Shown: positions 40,164 to 50,689, counted from the first letter of the stretch. The stretch is DNA of 64,000 nucleotides from Ignavibacteriota bacterium (GCA_963776275.1 CAVZMI010000020.1:64001-128000), one strand, 5' to 3'. Notes: a model not told the origin generated them from the sequence alone. Numbers and translations are program-made.

Positions 40164-40813
40164 GTTTTATTACAATAGAACGAAAAGTACTGGATAAAAA
40201 TGACGAGGTAGCCCGGCAAAATCGGGAACTGTTCCGACAACACAGCCTTTTTGTTATCAATATAGTCAGCTCACCCGGCTCGGGGAAAACAAGCATCCTT
40301 GAAAAAACTCTTGAGTATCTGCGGGAGAAGATACGAATTGCGGTCATCGAAGGGGATGTCCAGACCGATCTGGACGCAAAGCGAGTTGCGCGTTTTGGGA
40401 TTCCGACAATTCAGATTGTCACGAACGGCGGTTGCCACCTTGATGCAAAATTGGTTCAAAATGCCCTGGAAAACCTCCATCTATCTTCACTTGAAATTGT
40501 TATCATTGAGAATGTGGGAAACCTCGTCTGCCCGGCTAATTATGATCTTGGGGAAGCGTTGAAGGTTGTCGTAGCAAGCACTACCGAAGGCGACGATAAA
40601 CCGCTTAAGTATCCGGCGATGTTCAGAAATGCTTCCGTGTTAATTATCAATAAAATTGACCTCGTTCCTTACGTCCAGTGCAGTCTCGACACACTCAAAA
40701 AAAATGCGCTTCAGATTAACCCGTCTCTGACCGTTTTTCAAACATCATGTACAACAAATGAAGGGATTGAATTGTGGTGCGAATGGCTATCCAGTCAGGT
40801 GAAGAAAAAGTGA
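40160..40813 (+). CDS. hypB: Hydrogenase nickel incorporation GTPase
   Basis: SSPGSGKT, GGCHLDA, ENVGNLVCPA, EGDDKPLKYP and NKID motifs. Confidence 0.97.
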   Translation: MSFITIERKVLDKNDEVARQNRELFRQHSLFVINIVSSPGSGKTSILEKTLEYLREKIRIAVIEGDVQTDLDAKRVARFGIPTIQIVTNGGCHLDAKLVQNALENLHLSSLEIVIIENVGNLVCPANYDLGEALKVVVASTTEGDDKPLKYPAMFRNASVLIINKIDLVPYVQCSLDTLKKNALQINPSLTVFQTSCTTNEGIELWCEWLSSQVKKK

Positions 40814-40831
40814 CATGATGTTCTGAGGGTA

Positions 40832-43317
40832 ATGCAAAAGCAACGTCTGCATATTGTGATTCGCGGTGCGGTTCAGGGAGTCGGCTTCCGTCCGTTTATC
40901 TATCGCCTTGCCACCGACATGCGCCTCGCCGGATGGGTGATCAATTCTACTCAGGGTGTTCTCATCGAGGTTGAAGGCGAAAGACCTGATCTCGATGAGT
41001 TCATTCTGCGTTTAACGCATGAAAAACCTCCTCGTGCTTTTATCCAGAGTCTGGAGCCGTCACTGCTTGATCCTGTCGGTTTTACATCGTTTGAAATCCG
41101 GGAGAGCGATGACCGGGGTACCCCGAGCGCACTCGTTATGCCCGATATAGCAACATGTCCGGACTGCCTTCGGGAAATATTTGATCCGACAAATCGCCGG
41201 TATCGTTATCCTTTTACAAACTGTACAAATTGCGGACCCAGATTCACAATCATTGAATCACTTCCCTACGACCGGCCTTCAACGACAATGAAGCAATTTA
41301 TCATGTGCGACATGTGCCGGAAGGAATATGAAGACCCGCTAGACCGGCGCTTTCATGCACAGCCGAATGCCTGTCCGGAATGCGGCCCCCACCTCGAACT
41401 CTGGAATATTCAGGGAAATATTACAGCAACGCATTTTGAAGCTTTAAAAACTGCAGCAGAGATGATCCGGTCTGGAAATATTGTTGCCGTCAAAGGACTC
41501 GGAGGATTTCATCTCATTGTCGATGCACGGAACGATGATGCTGTTCTAAACCTTCGCGCCCGTAAACATCATGAAGAAAAACCGTTTGCGGTTATGGTCC
41601 CTTCGCTCGACACCGTAAAAAAGCTCTGTGAGGTCTCGGCACTCGAAGAACGACTTCTCATATCGCCGGAATCTCCAATTGTTCTATTGCAAAAAAGAGA
41701 TGACTATCAAGACTTTCAACTTTCAACTTTCAACCCGAAACTATCGAACGCCGTTTCCCCCGGCAATCCTTATCTCGGCATCATGCTCCCGTATACTCCA
41801 CTCCATCATTTACTCATGAAAGAACTCGGGTTCCCGGTCGTCGCGACCAGCGGAAATCTTTCAGACGAACCTATTTGTATCGATGAACATGAAGCCCTGT
41901 CGCGTCTCCAGCATATAGCCGATGCATTTCTTATACACAACCGGTCCATACTGCGTCATGTCGACGATTCCATTGTACGTATAATGGCAGGCCGGGAGCT
42001 CGTTCTACGACGAGCACGGGGGTTTGCTCCGCTCCCAATTCCAATGCGCGTGTCTGAAATTCCTTCGATGCTTGCAGTCGGCGCCCATTTGAAAAACACC
42101 GTCGCGATCACGGCGGGCAGTAATACATTTATCAGTCAGCACATAGGCGATCTCGAAACACACGAAGCATTGACGGCATTTAAGAATGTGATCGCGAGTC
42201 TGCAGACGCTCTATTCGTTTACACCGACGACAGTAGTGTGTGATGAGCATCCTGATTATCTCTCGACAAAACATGCCCGCAGTATGGGAATCGAGATTCT
42301 TCCGGTTCAGCATCATTATGCCCACATCGCTTCATGCATGGCGGAAAACGAACTGAATGGCAAGGTTCTAGGAGTTTCATGGGACGGAACGGGCTATGGC
42401 CTTGACGGGACAATCTGGGGTGGAGAATTTTTATTAATAGATGAGAACGGATTCAATCGCGTCGCAACGTTTCGTCCTTTCCCTCTTCCGGGAGGCGATC
42501 AGGCAATTCGTGAACCGCGAAGAATCGCCCTTGGAATGTTGTATGCAAAAGCAGGAGACGAAGCATTCAAACAGAACGATCTTGCCTGTATAAAAGCATT
42601 CACACAATCTGAGCTTTCGGTCATTCAGACAATGCTTCAAAAGAAAATCAATTCTCCTTTGACGTCGAGTATCGGACGGCTTTTCGACGGTGTTGCCTCG
42701 ATAATCGGACTTCGACAGCGGACGAATTACGAGGGCGAAACAGCCATGGAACTAGAATTTGCTACGATCCGGCAAGTTACCGATGAATCATATTCTTATA
42801 CTATAGTGGAAGGAAAAACCGATAACCTTCAACCTTCAACTCTCGCCCTGAGCGATCCCGAGCGAGTCCCGCGGTCCGTCCCGAGCGAACCCTGAGCTTG
42901 CTTGCCGCGAGCTCGGTCGAGCGGTCGAAGGGTGTCGAGGGAAGCGGGACGAGTCGAGGGGAAGTCGAAGGGTTATACCTTAAACATCTTTTTTATATAG
43001 ATTGGTTTCCCATGATTGGAGGAATAGTATCTGACCATACTCATGGAATTGCGGTCGGTCATATTTCAACAAAATTCCATAATACATTGACTGAGATTAT
43101 TATTTCCGTTGTAAAAAAAATTCAACAACAACGCGTGGCACTCAGCGGCGGATGTTTTCAAAACAAATATCTTACCGAGAGAACAATCCGGCGTCTTCAG
43201 GAAGAAGGCTTCAAGCCATACTGGCACCAACGTGTGCCGCCGAATGATGGGGGCATTTCGCTCGGACAAATTGCCGCAGCACTTCGACTGAAAAAAGGAA
43301 TTGATAAACTGCATTAA
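40832..43317 (+). pseudogene. hypF: Carbamoyltransferase HypF, split by a nested palindrome insertion (ORFs 40832-42895 and ~42898-43317)
   Basis: GAVQGVGFRP, Zn fingers, KGLGGFHL, QHHYAH and DGTGYG in frame 2; LSGGCFQN and PPNDGG in frame 1. Deleting 42856-42962 restores one frame. Confidence 0.9.
42846..42972. mobile_element. Nested short palindromic (REP/MITE-like) elements inside hypF
   Basis: Successive left halves (ccctgagc/cccgagc) followed by successive right halves (gtcgaaggg/gtcgaggg). Confidence 0.8.
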
Positions 43318-43426
43318 ACACCATTACTCGACTTGATGTCGAGTGTGGTGATTAAATTTTTATTGATAATTGTATCACTGGTAAAAATCTCGTACACTAA
43401 TATTATTATTCCTATAGGGAGTTTGT

Positions 43427-43687
43427 ATGTGTCTGGCAATACCGGGGAAGGTTTTAGAAATATACCGCTCAGGCGATCTGTTAATGGGCAAGGTGAGTTT
43501 TGGAGGGATTCAGAAAGAGGTGTGCCTTGATTGGGAGCCGGAGGTGAAGGTTGGTGAATATGTGATTGTCCATGTCGGTTTTGCCATAAGTACAATGGAT
43601 GAAGAAGAAGCCCGGGAGACGCTGAAGATGCTGGAACAGATGGAGAGGGGATCGGACGAACTGAAAGATCTTGATCCGAACGCGTGA
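43427..43687 (+). CDS. hypC: HypC/HupF hydrogenase formation chaperone
   Basis: MCLAIPG start and VIVHVGFAI motif. Confidence 0.96.
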   Translation: MCLAIPGKVLEIYRSGDLLMGKVSFGGIQKEVCLDWEPEVKVGEYVIVHVGFAISTMDEEEARETLKMLEQMERGSDELKDLDPNA

Positions 43688-43724
43688 CTCACACCCTTTT
43701 TCCCTCGATCAGGAGAATTCAACA

Positions 43725-44465
43725 ATGAAAATATTTTCGACAATTCTTTTTTTTATTATCTTTTACTCCCCTCTCTTTCCACAATCAGCCGAGGAAATTA
43801 TCAGGAAATCAGAAAATCTCATAAAGGGAAACTCATGCCAGGGAACGTTTATCATGACCGTCGTAACTCCCGATTACAGCCGCCGCATGGAAATGGAAAG
43901 CTGGTGGGTGGGAAATGATAAGGCGCTCATTGTGATCAAGTCTCCGAAAAAAGAAGCAGGCAATAAAACGCTGAAGATTAAAAACGAAATGTGGAGCTAT
44001 TTGAAGAATACGGAAACAACAATAAAATTACCCCCGTCGATGATGCTGCAATCGTGGAATGGATCCGACTTCACAAACGATGACCTTGTTCGCGAATCAA
44101 ACCTGAACGAAGATTACGTACAAAAAATTATAGGGCAGGATGATGTGCAGGGAGAGCGGTGCTGGAAGATCGAGCTCCTTCCGAGACCTACTGCACCTGT
44201 AGTTTGGGGACGGCTGTTATACTGGGTAAGACAGGCAGATTATCTCCCTGCAACCGTCGAGTATTACGATGAAAAAGGAAAGTTGATGCGTTCAATGGTG
44301 TATTCGGATTTCAAGATAATGGGCGGCCGGAAACTTCCGAGTCGATGGGAAATGGTGAATAAGGTAAAGCCGGGACATTCGACGACATTCGAGCTCGTCG
44401 ATGTGACATTTGATATACCGATCAGCAATAAGATTTTTTCATTTCGTGAATTGGAACGGAGATAG
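43725..44465 (+). CDS. Outer membrane lipoprotein-sorting (LolA-like) protein
   Basis: Signal peptide; SMMLQSWNGSDFTNDDL motif; aggag RBS. Confidence 0.88.
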   Translation: MKIFSTILFFIIFYSPLFPQSAEEIIRKSENLIKGNSCQGTFIMTVVTPDYSRRMEMESWWVGNDKALIVIKSPKKEAGNKTLKIKNEMWSYLKNTETTIKLPPSMMLQSWNGSDFTNDDLVRESNLNEDYVQKIIGQDDVQGERCWKIELLPRPTAPVVWGRLLYWVRQADYLPATVEYYDEKGKLMRSMVYSDFKIMGGRKLPSRWEMVNKVKPGHSTTFELVDVTFDIPISNKIFSFRELERR

Positions 44466-44491
44466 TATTTTTGGTAATATATTGACTTCAA

Positions 44492-44746
44492 CTCTGTGAC
44501 CTTTGCGGATTCTCTTGCGCCGGAGGCACGCCTACGGCAAAGCCTTCGGCGTCCGTAGGCGCATGCGCCTTTGGCGCAGTGTCCTCCGCGGCAGTGCTCC
44601 TAATATTAATTTCGATTCAGAGAAGGGAGCACAGCACTACAAAAAGGCTGTTCGCAACTGGGGTATTATATTTAATCATGGTAAAAATATAACCACAGAA
44701 TACACGGAGTACTCTTCAATGGCTTTATAGGCGGAGGACACAGAGA
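44492..44746. repeat. Inverted repeat pair with a nested 63-nt palindrome inserted in one arm
   Basis: Removing 44516-44578 restores tctctgtgtcctccgc, the exact complement of 44731-44746. Confidence 0.75.
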
Positions 44747-44775
44747 TTTAAAAATCATTTTCAGTCCATACAGAT

Positions 44776-46002
44776 ATGAAACTTCTTCTAAAACTTGGCT
44801 GGCGAAATATCTGGCGAAACAAGCGGCGCTCGCTTCTGACGATTCTGGCCGTTGTCTTTGCCGTGTTTCTCACCATTGTCATGCGTGGGGCACAGGTCGG
44901 AACATGGGAAGAGAACATCAAGGCCATGGCGAAAATGTTTTCGGGATATGTCCAGATCCAGCGGGAAGGATATCAGAAGAATCCATCTCTTCAGCTCTGT
45001 GTTGTTCAAACGGATTCACTTCGAACCCTCATCGCGGGGAATCCGGCAATTGCCGCTGCGACACCCCGTATTTACGGAGAGGGACTTGCCAGTTATAAGG
45101 AACATTCGCTTGGCGTCATGATCCTCGGCATCTCGCCGGCAACCGAGCAGCGCGTATCAACCTTTCAGTCGCGGCTCAACCGGGGAACATTCTTTTCCTC
45201 AGATACCGGTACTGCGATTGTTGTCGGATATAAACTCCTGCAGAATCTCAATGCTGCAATAGGTGATACTATCGTTGTGCTTGCACAGGGAATCGACGGA
45301 TCGCTCGGAAACATGAAATATACGATCACCGGCACTGTGAAAACCGGAGCTCCGGAATTCGACGCCATGGGAATTTTCATGGGACTCGCCGCAGCACAGG
45401 ACCTTCTCGGTATGCAGAACCGGGTCCACGCGATCGTACTTACTCTCAACAATCTTGACGATATTCCCGGCGTCCAGCATTACCTGACACAATCGCTCGA
45501 TCCGCATCTTACCGCCATGACGTGGGAAGATGTTAATCCGGACCTGAAACAGCATATGGAGGTGGATACAACCAGCGCCATTTTGTATGCCGGCATCCTC
45601 ATGGTTATTGTCGCATTCGGCATTTTGAACACCGTGCTAATGTCCGTCACGGAGCGTTTCCGCGAATTCGGTGTTTCACTTTCCATGGGAATGCCGAATT
45701 CGACTCTTGTGAAATTGATTTTTCTCGAGACGGCTTTCATGGCAGTCGTCGGTATCATCATCGGGAATATCATCGCAGCAATCATCAATTATACGATCAT
45801 CACTCATCCGATTATTATCGGAGGTAATCTGGGTGATCTCTATCAGCAATACGGGTTTATGCCGAAGATCGTCTCAAGTCTTAAATTTCACCTTTTTCGA
45901 AATGCGTCTATATCAATTTTTATTATTTCACTTATTTCGTGCATTTATCCTGCATATCGTGTGGCAAAATTAGAACCGTTAAAGGGTTTACATCACGTAT
46001 AA
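44776..46002 (+). CDS. LolC/E-like ABC permease
   Basis: WRNIWRNKRRS, NTVLMSVTERFREFG and YPAYRVAKLEP motifs. Confidence 0.92.
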   Translation: MKLLLKLGWRNIWRNKRRSLLTILAVVFAVFLTIVMRGAQVGTWEENIKAMAKMFSGYVQIQREGYQKNPSLQLCVVQTDSLRTLIAGNPAIAAATPRIYGEGLASYKEHSLGVMILGISPATEQRVSTFQSRLNRGTFFSSDTGTAIVVGYKLLQNLNAAIGDTIVVLAQGIDGSLGNMKYTITGTVKTGAPEFDAMGIFMGLAAAQDLLGMQNRVHAIVLTLNNLDDIPGVQHYLTQSLDPHLTAMTWEDVNPDLKQHMEVDTTSAILYAGILMVIVAFGILNTVLMSVTERFREFGVSLSMGMPNSTLVKLIFLETAFMAVVGIIIGNIIAAIINYTIITHPIIIGGNLGDLYQQYGFMPKIVSSLKFHLFRNASISIFIISLISCIYPAYRVAKLEPLKGLHHV

Positions 46003-46007
46003 CGACT

Positions 46008-47222
46008 ATGCTCTTCAAACTTTCATGGCGGAATATATGGCGCAATAAACGCCGGTCATTGATCGTGATGACTGCAATCGCGATCGGAATCACGGCGCTT
46101 GTCCTGACCGATGCAATTTATAACGGACTCCTCATCGAGATGCTCGATAATCAGATCCGGTCGCACATTGCGCATATCGAAATCCACTCCAGGGGATTCA
46201 ACGATAACAAGATAATTGAAAATTCCATGAAGGAATATGAGAACGTAGAAAAGGTTCTCAGCACCAACCCGAACATTGCATGTTTCAGCAGACGAGTCAT
46301 CACGTACGGTATAATCAGCAGTGCCTCCAACTCTTCGGGAATAACCATCGTCGGAGTTGATCCGGCCAGGGAAGCAAATATTACAAAAATCAAAGCGTCT
46401 ATTATTGCCGGACATTATCTCGACTCAACTAAAAACGAAATCATTATCAGTAAAAAACTGGCTGAAAAACTCTCGGTTGAACTTGAGGACAAGATTGTCC
46501 TTATGGCTTCAGACGCTGATGGACGCGTGAGCTCCGATGCTTTCCGTGTCATCGGAATATTCGAGACTTCAGGAGCTGATTTCGATCGTGCATATATTTT
46601 TATTACTCTTCACCATGCCCAAAAGATGCTGGGATTAAACAATGCCATTTCGGAAATTGCGGTCATCACAAAGAACACCGACCAGCTTGCACAGACACAA
46701 TCCACAATTGTCTCATCGATTGGTGAATCATATGAAGTGCTTACATACTTTGATCTGATTCCGAATATCATCATGGTCGTCGAAGTGGGCAGACAGGCAA
46801 TGGTCATCTATTATCTAATCATCGGTATAGCCATACTTTTTGGTATCATCAACACCATGCTGATGTCCGTATTCGAGCGTACACGCGAGCTCGGAATTCT
46901 GATGGCGACCGGAATGAAAAATGTGCGCATTTTCAACATGATAATCGTTGAAGCCCTTTTTCTGAGTGCGATCGGAACCGTGGTCGGAATCGTCATAGGC
47001 TTGCTCATTTATGCACCTCTTGTTTCGAATGGCATTAACCTTTCGGCTGTAGGTGAAGGACTCACACTTGTTGGAGCGAGTCCCATCATCCATCCGATCC
47101 TGACGGTACAGGGAATGATAAATGCGATCACCATTATTCCTCTGATCTCGATGATCGCGGCAATTTATCCGGCATTCAAAGCGACGAGATTAGAGCCCGT
47201 ACGTGCAATTCAATATATTTGA
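46008..47222 (+). CDS. LolC/E-like ABC permease
   Basis: WRNIWRNKRRS and NTMLMSVFERTRELG motifs. Confidence 0.92.
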   Translation: MLFKLSWRNIWRNKRRSLIVMTAIAIGITALVLTDAIYNGLLIEMLDNQIRSHIAHIEIHSRGFNDNKIIENSMKEYENVEKVLSTNPNIACFSRRVITYGIISSASNSSGITIVGVDPAREANITKIKASIIAGHYLDSTKNEIIISKKLAEKLSVELEDKIVLMASDADGRVSSDAFRVIGIFETSGADFDRAYIFITLHHAQKMLGLNNAISEIAVITKNTDQLAQTQSTIVSSIGESYEVLTYFDLIPNIIMVVEVGRQAMVIYYLIIGIAILFGIINTMLMSVFERTRELGILMATGMKNVRIFNMIIVEALFLSAIGTVVGIVIGLLIYAPLVSNGINLSAVGEGLTLVGASPIIHPILTVQGMINAITIIPLISMIAAIYPAFKATRLEPVRAIQYI

Positions 47223-47240
47223 TCTGACTTGAGGTATTCC

Positions 47241-47924
47241 ATGGAAATAATTCACACCGAACACATCGAAAAAATATATGACGACGACGGGGTCCCCGTC
47301 CACGCACTCCACAACGTCACATTTTCAATACAAAAAGGCGAATTTCTTGCCATCGCCGGTCCTTCCGGTTCGGGTAAGACAACGCTCCTGAACATTATCG
47401 GTGCACTGGACAAGCCGACAAATGGAGAGGTCATTCTTGACGGCGACAAACTGACTGATAAACAGAAAGGGACTCTCTCAACACTTCGTCTCAATAAGAT
47501 CGGATTTGTATTCCAGGCGTACAATCTTATTCCCGTTCTTTCCGCTATGGAAAATATTGAATTTAAAATGATGCTGTTAAATATCCCTGAGCAGGTTCGA
47601 AGAGAACAATCAATGAAGATCATGGAGGAGCTCGGGATAGCCGAACTGGCCCACAAACGCCCCAATGAGATGAGCGGCGGACAGCAGCAGCGGGTTGCTG
47701 TCGCCCGGGCAATCGTGAATAATCCGCCGATTGTTCTGGCCGATGAACCTACGGCAAACCTCGATTCCGTAACGGCATTTTCACTGATTGATATCATGAG
47801 AAAAATGAATGAAGAAAAAAAGATCACGTTCGTTTTTTCATCACATGATCATCAGGTATTACAGAATGCCCGTCGTGTCATCCTTTTGCGTGACGGCCGT
47901 ATCGAGCAGGATATCGCGCAATGA
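47241..47924 (+). CDS. LolD-like ABC ATP-binding protein
   Basis: GPSGSGKT, MSGGQQQRVA and LADEPTANLD motifs. Confidence 0.95.
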   Translation: MEIIHTEHIEKIYDDDGVPVHALHNVTFSIQKGEFLAIAGPSGSGKTTLLNIIGALDKPTNGEVILDGDKLTDKQKGTLSTLRLNKIGFVFQAYNLIPVLSAMENIEFKMMLLNIPEQVRREQSMKIMEELGIAELAHKRPNEMSGGQQQRVAVARAIVNNPPIVLADEPTANLDSVTAFSLIDIMRKMNEEKKITFVFSSHDHQVLQNARRVILLRDGRIEQDIAQ

Positions 47925-47951
47925 AAATGACGCTTTGCCACGATGTTCGTC

Positions 47952-48026
47952 ATTCCGTTCCGGCTTTTTACCCTGAGCCTGCCTGCCCCGAGCCTGTCGA
48001 GGGGTCGAAGGGTGTCGGGACGGGAT
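47952..48026. repeat. Three-layer nested palindromic element
   Basis: attccgttccggc...[ccctgagcctg cctg(ccccgagcctgtcgagggg)tcgaaggg]...gtcgggacgggat. Confidence 0.75.
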
Positions 48027-48117
48027 CTGATAAATAGATCGGTTGTATACAATTATGTGAAATCTTATTTGTCCAAAATAAACTCAAAAAAATACATAAT
48101 CATTAGTCGGTTACTGA

Positions 48118-48224
48118 GTCCCGATAGGGACGGAATCTTGTTAGGATTTTTTAAATAGTCAATATAATTCATAACCCCGTCAGGGGTGAAATCTGCTCTT
48201 TCCAGATGTCGCTCCTGTCGGAGC
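48118..48224. repeat. REP-like hairpin cluster
   Basis: gtccc-gata-gggac, acccc-gtca-ggggt and gctcc-tgtc-ggagc. Confidence 0.65.
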
Positions 48225-48406
48225 TCGAATTCTCTATTGCCTGTCGAATTCTGCCAAGATTTCACGTCCGCCGACCTATCGGTCGTCGAGATCGTTGACC
48301 TACGGCGTTCTTTCAAAAAACGAAATTATCAAATCTTATTCGTTCTAGGATTTATTTTGGACAGCACTGATGTGAAATATATTTTGAGAATGAGCAATAT
48401 CTAAAT

Positions 48407-49564
48407 ATGAGATTTATGAACCGTTTTTTCTTAACTATTATAATTCTTTTTTTATTTTCACAATCTACCCTCGCCCAATACGAATTTTCGTTCTCCGGGT
48501 ATGTTGTCGACCTCCCCGTCTATCAACGGATGAACGATTGGATCTCGAATCTTATCCGGGCCGACAGGGATCAATTCGTCAATGTAACACGGCTTCGACT
48601 TCGCCCCGACCTTACGCTCTGGACCGATGCGCGTCTGGTACTCGAATACGAAGCAACTTCGGCCTACCACTCGACCTCCGTATTGATGCCACTCCAGCAG
48701 GAGGAACCCCGCCGGCAGGTCATGAAGCTGACATGGCAGCCTGTCAACGAATCGCACTTTTCATTGCTCCATTTTATCGATCGATTTACATTCACACAAC
48801 GACTCGGCAGTATCGAATTTGTCCTCGGACGACAGAGAATCTCCTGGGGAACCGGACGCATCTGGAATCCGACGGACCTTTTCAATCCGCTCAACCCGAC
48901 CAGCTTTGCAAAAATCGAGAAAGATGGCGTCGATGCATTTTCGACAAAATTCTTCCTCGGTGAATTTACCGATCTTCAATTTGTCGTTAACCCGCAAAAA
49001 AACCAGCACGGCAATGCCGGCTACCGGTTCCGTACGAATTTCGAGGAATTTGATATTTCAACCGTCGGCGGGATTTTCGACGACCGATTGATCATCGGCG
49101 GTGATTTCGCAGGGAATTTACTCGATGCAGGCGTCCGCGGTGAACTGATCGTTTCCACAGAGCGCGAGAACTTGAGCTCAAATTTCACTACATTTATTCT
49201 TGGAGCCGATTATCAGTTTACCTCGAAATTGTACGCTCTGGTTGAGTATCACCATAACGGAGAAGGGAAAAACGACCGAACATTGTACGAGCTCGTACGT
49301 TTAATCAACGGGGAGATCTTAAACCTGGCGCGCGACTATCTTGCCGTTCAGGCAATGTATCAGATCCATCCACTGGTCACGGCTTCGATCTCGACAATTG
49401 GAAACTTGAACGACGGGAGTCGGTTTTTCGCCATAATGGCAACATACTCCGTTACAGAAAATGCATCGCTGACACTCGGCGGACAGATTTTTATCGGAGA
49501 TCAGTTCACTGAATATTGGTACTACCCCGGCTCAATATTCTTAAAGGGTGAATTCTATTTTTGA
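48407..49564 (+). CDS. Probable outer-membrane beta-barrel protein associated with the Lol-like ABC module
   Basis: Signal peptide, GRQRISWG..IWNPTDLF motif, alternating beta strands and C-terminal Phe. Confidence 0.78.
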   Translation: MRFMNRFFLTIIILFLFSQSTLAQYEFSFSGYVVDLPVYQRMNDWISNLIRADRDQFVNVTRLRLRPDLTLWTDARLVLEYEATSAYHSTSVLMPLQQEEPRRQVMKLTWQPVNESHFSLLHFIDRFTFTQRLGSIEFVLGRQRISWGTGRIWNPTDLFNPLNPTSFAKIEKDGVDAFSTKFFLGEFTDLQFVVNPQKNQHGNAGYRFRTNFEEFDISTVGGIFDDRLIIGGDFAGNLLDAGVRGELIVSTERENLSSNFTTFILGADYQFTSKLYALVEYHHNGEGKNDRTLYELVRLINGEILNLARDYLAVQAMYQIHPLVTASISTIGNLNDGSRFFAIMATYSVTENASLTLGGQIFIGDQFTEYWYYPGSIFLKGEFYF

Positions 49565-49573
49565 TGGTGAGGG

Positions 49574-50689
49574 ATGCGTTTCATTGACGAATACCGGGAT
49601 GCCGGCACTGCAAAAAAGTACGCCGAAAAAATCGCCGCTCTGATCACACATCCGTGGACAATCATGGAAATCTGCGGCGGTCAGACACATACGATAGTGA
49701 AATATGGAGTCGAATCTATGCTGCCCGATTCCATCACTCTTGTTCACGGTCCCGGCTGTCCTGTGTGTGTCACACCGCTGGAAATCATAGAAAAAGCAAT
49801 CCGCATAGCTTCGCAACCCGGGGTGATCTTTACCTCGTTCGGCGACATGCTGCGCGTCCCGGGTACACAAAAAGACCTGCTGACCGTTAAAGCCGAAGGC
49901 GGCGATATTCGAATCGTCTATTCTCCACTCGATGCCGTTAAAATAGCTCAAGAGAATCCCGAGAAGAAGGTTGTCTTTTTTGCAGTCGGTTTCGAGACTA
50001 CAGCACCCGCAAATGCAATGGCTGTATGGCAGGCAAAAAAAAACGGACTGAAAAATTTTTCGATTCTCTGCTCGCACGTTCTTGTTCCTCCGGCGATGGA
50101 GGCAATACTTTCATCGCCGACAAATTGTGTCCAGGGCTTTCTTGCAGCCGGACATGTTTGCACAGTCATGGGATTCGAGGAATACATACCGATTGCAGAA
50201 CGATATCATGTCCCCATTGTTGTCACCGGATTCGAACCGGTCGATATATTCCAGGGTCTGTATATGGTTATAAAACAGCTTGAAGAGGGTCGAACAGAAG
50301 TCGAGAACCAATACGGCCGATCGGTCCGGAAAGAAGGAAACCGGCCTGCACAAAAGTTGATAAGAGAAGTCTTTGCCACGACGCACCGGAAGTGGCGCGG
50401 CATCGGCGAAATTCCAATGAGCGGATACAGACTAAATGAAGATTATGCAGAATTTGATGCTGATAATCTCTTTAATTTAACCGGACTTGAAGTTCATGAA
50501 TCCCCGCTCTGCATCGCAGGCATTATACTTCAGGGTCGGAAGAAGCCTAACGATTGTACTGCATTCGGCACACAATGTACACCTGAACATCCTCTGGGGG
50601 CACCAATGGTCTCTTCGGAAGGAGCATGTGCTGCATATTATCATTATCAAAAGAATATCGGGAATGATGGTAATACATCTACACGGTAA
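49574..50689 (+). CDS. hypD: Hydrogenase formation protein HypD
   Basis: [25 protein letters not shown] and [12 protein letters not shown] motifs. Confidence 0.97.
   Translation: MRFIDEYRDAGTAKKYAEKIAALITHPWTIMEICGGQTHTIVKYGVESMLPDSITLVHGPGCPVCVTPLEIIEKAIRIASQPGVIFTSFGDMLRVPGTQKDLLTVKAEGGDIRIVYSPLDAVKIAQENPEKKVVFFAVGFETTAPANAMAVWQAKKNGLKNFSILCSHVLVPPAMEAILSSPTNCVQGFLAAGHVCTVMGFEEYIPIAERYHVPIVVTGFEPVDIFQGLYMVIKQLEEGRTEVENQYGRSVRKEGNRPAQKLIREVFATTHRKWRGIGEIPMSGYRLNEDYAEFDADNLFNLTGLEVHESPLCIAGIILQGRKKPNDCTAFGTQCTPEHPLGAPMVSSEGACAAYYHYQKNIGNDGNTSTR

Noticed and set aside
42893-42895. Selenocysteine or stop readthrough at the TGA in hypF
   Set aside because: The downstream part is in a different frame, and the TGA belongs to the inserted ccctgagc element.
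44503-44730. Small ORFs over palindromic repeats (also 47943-48404)
   Set aside because: These are translations of repeat DNA with no RBS or protein-like features.
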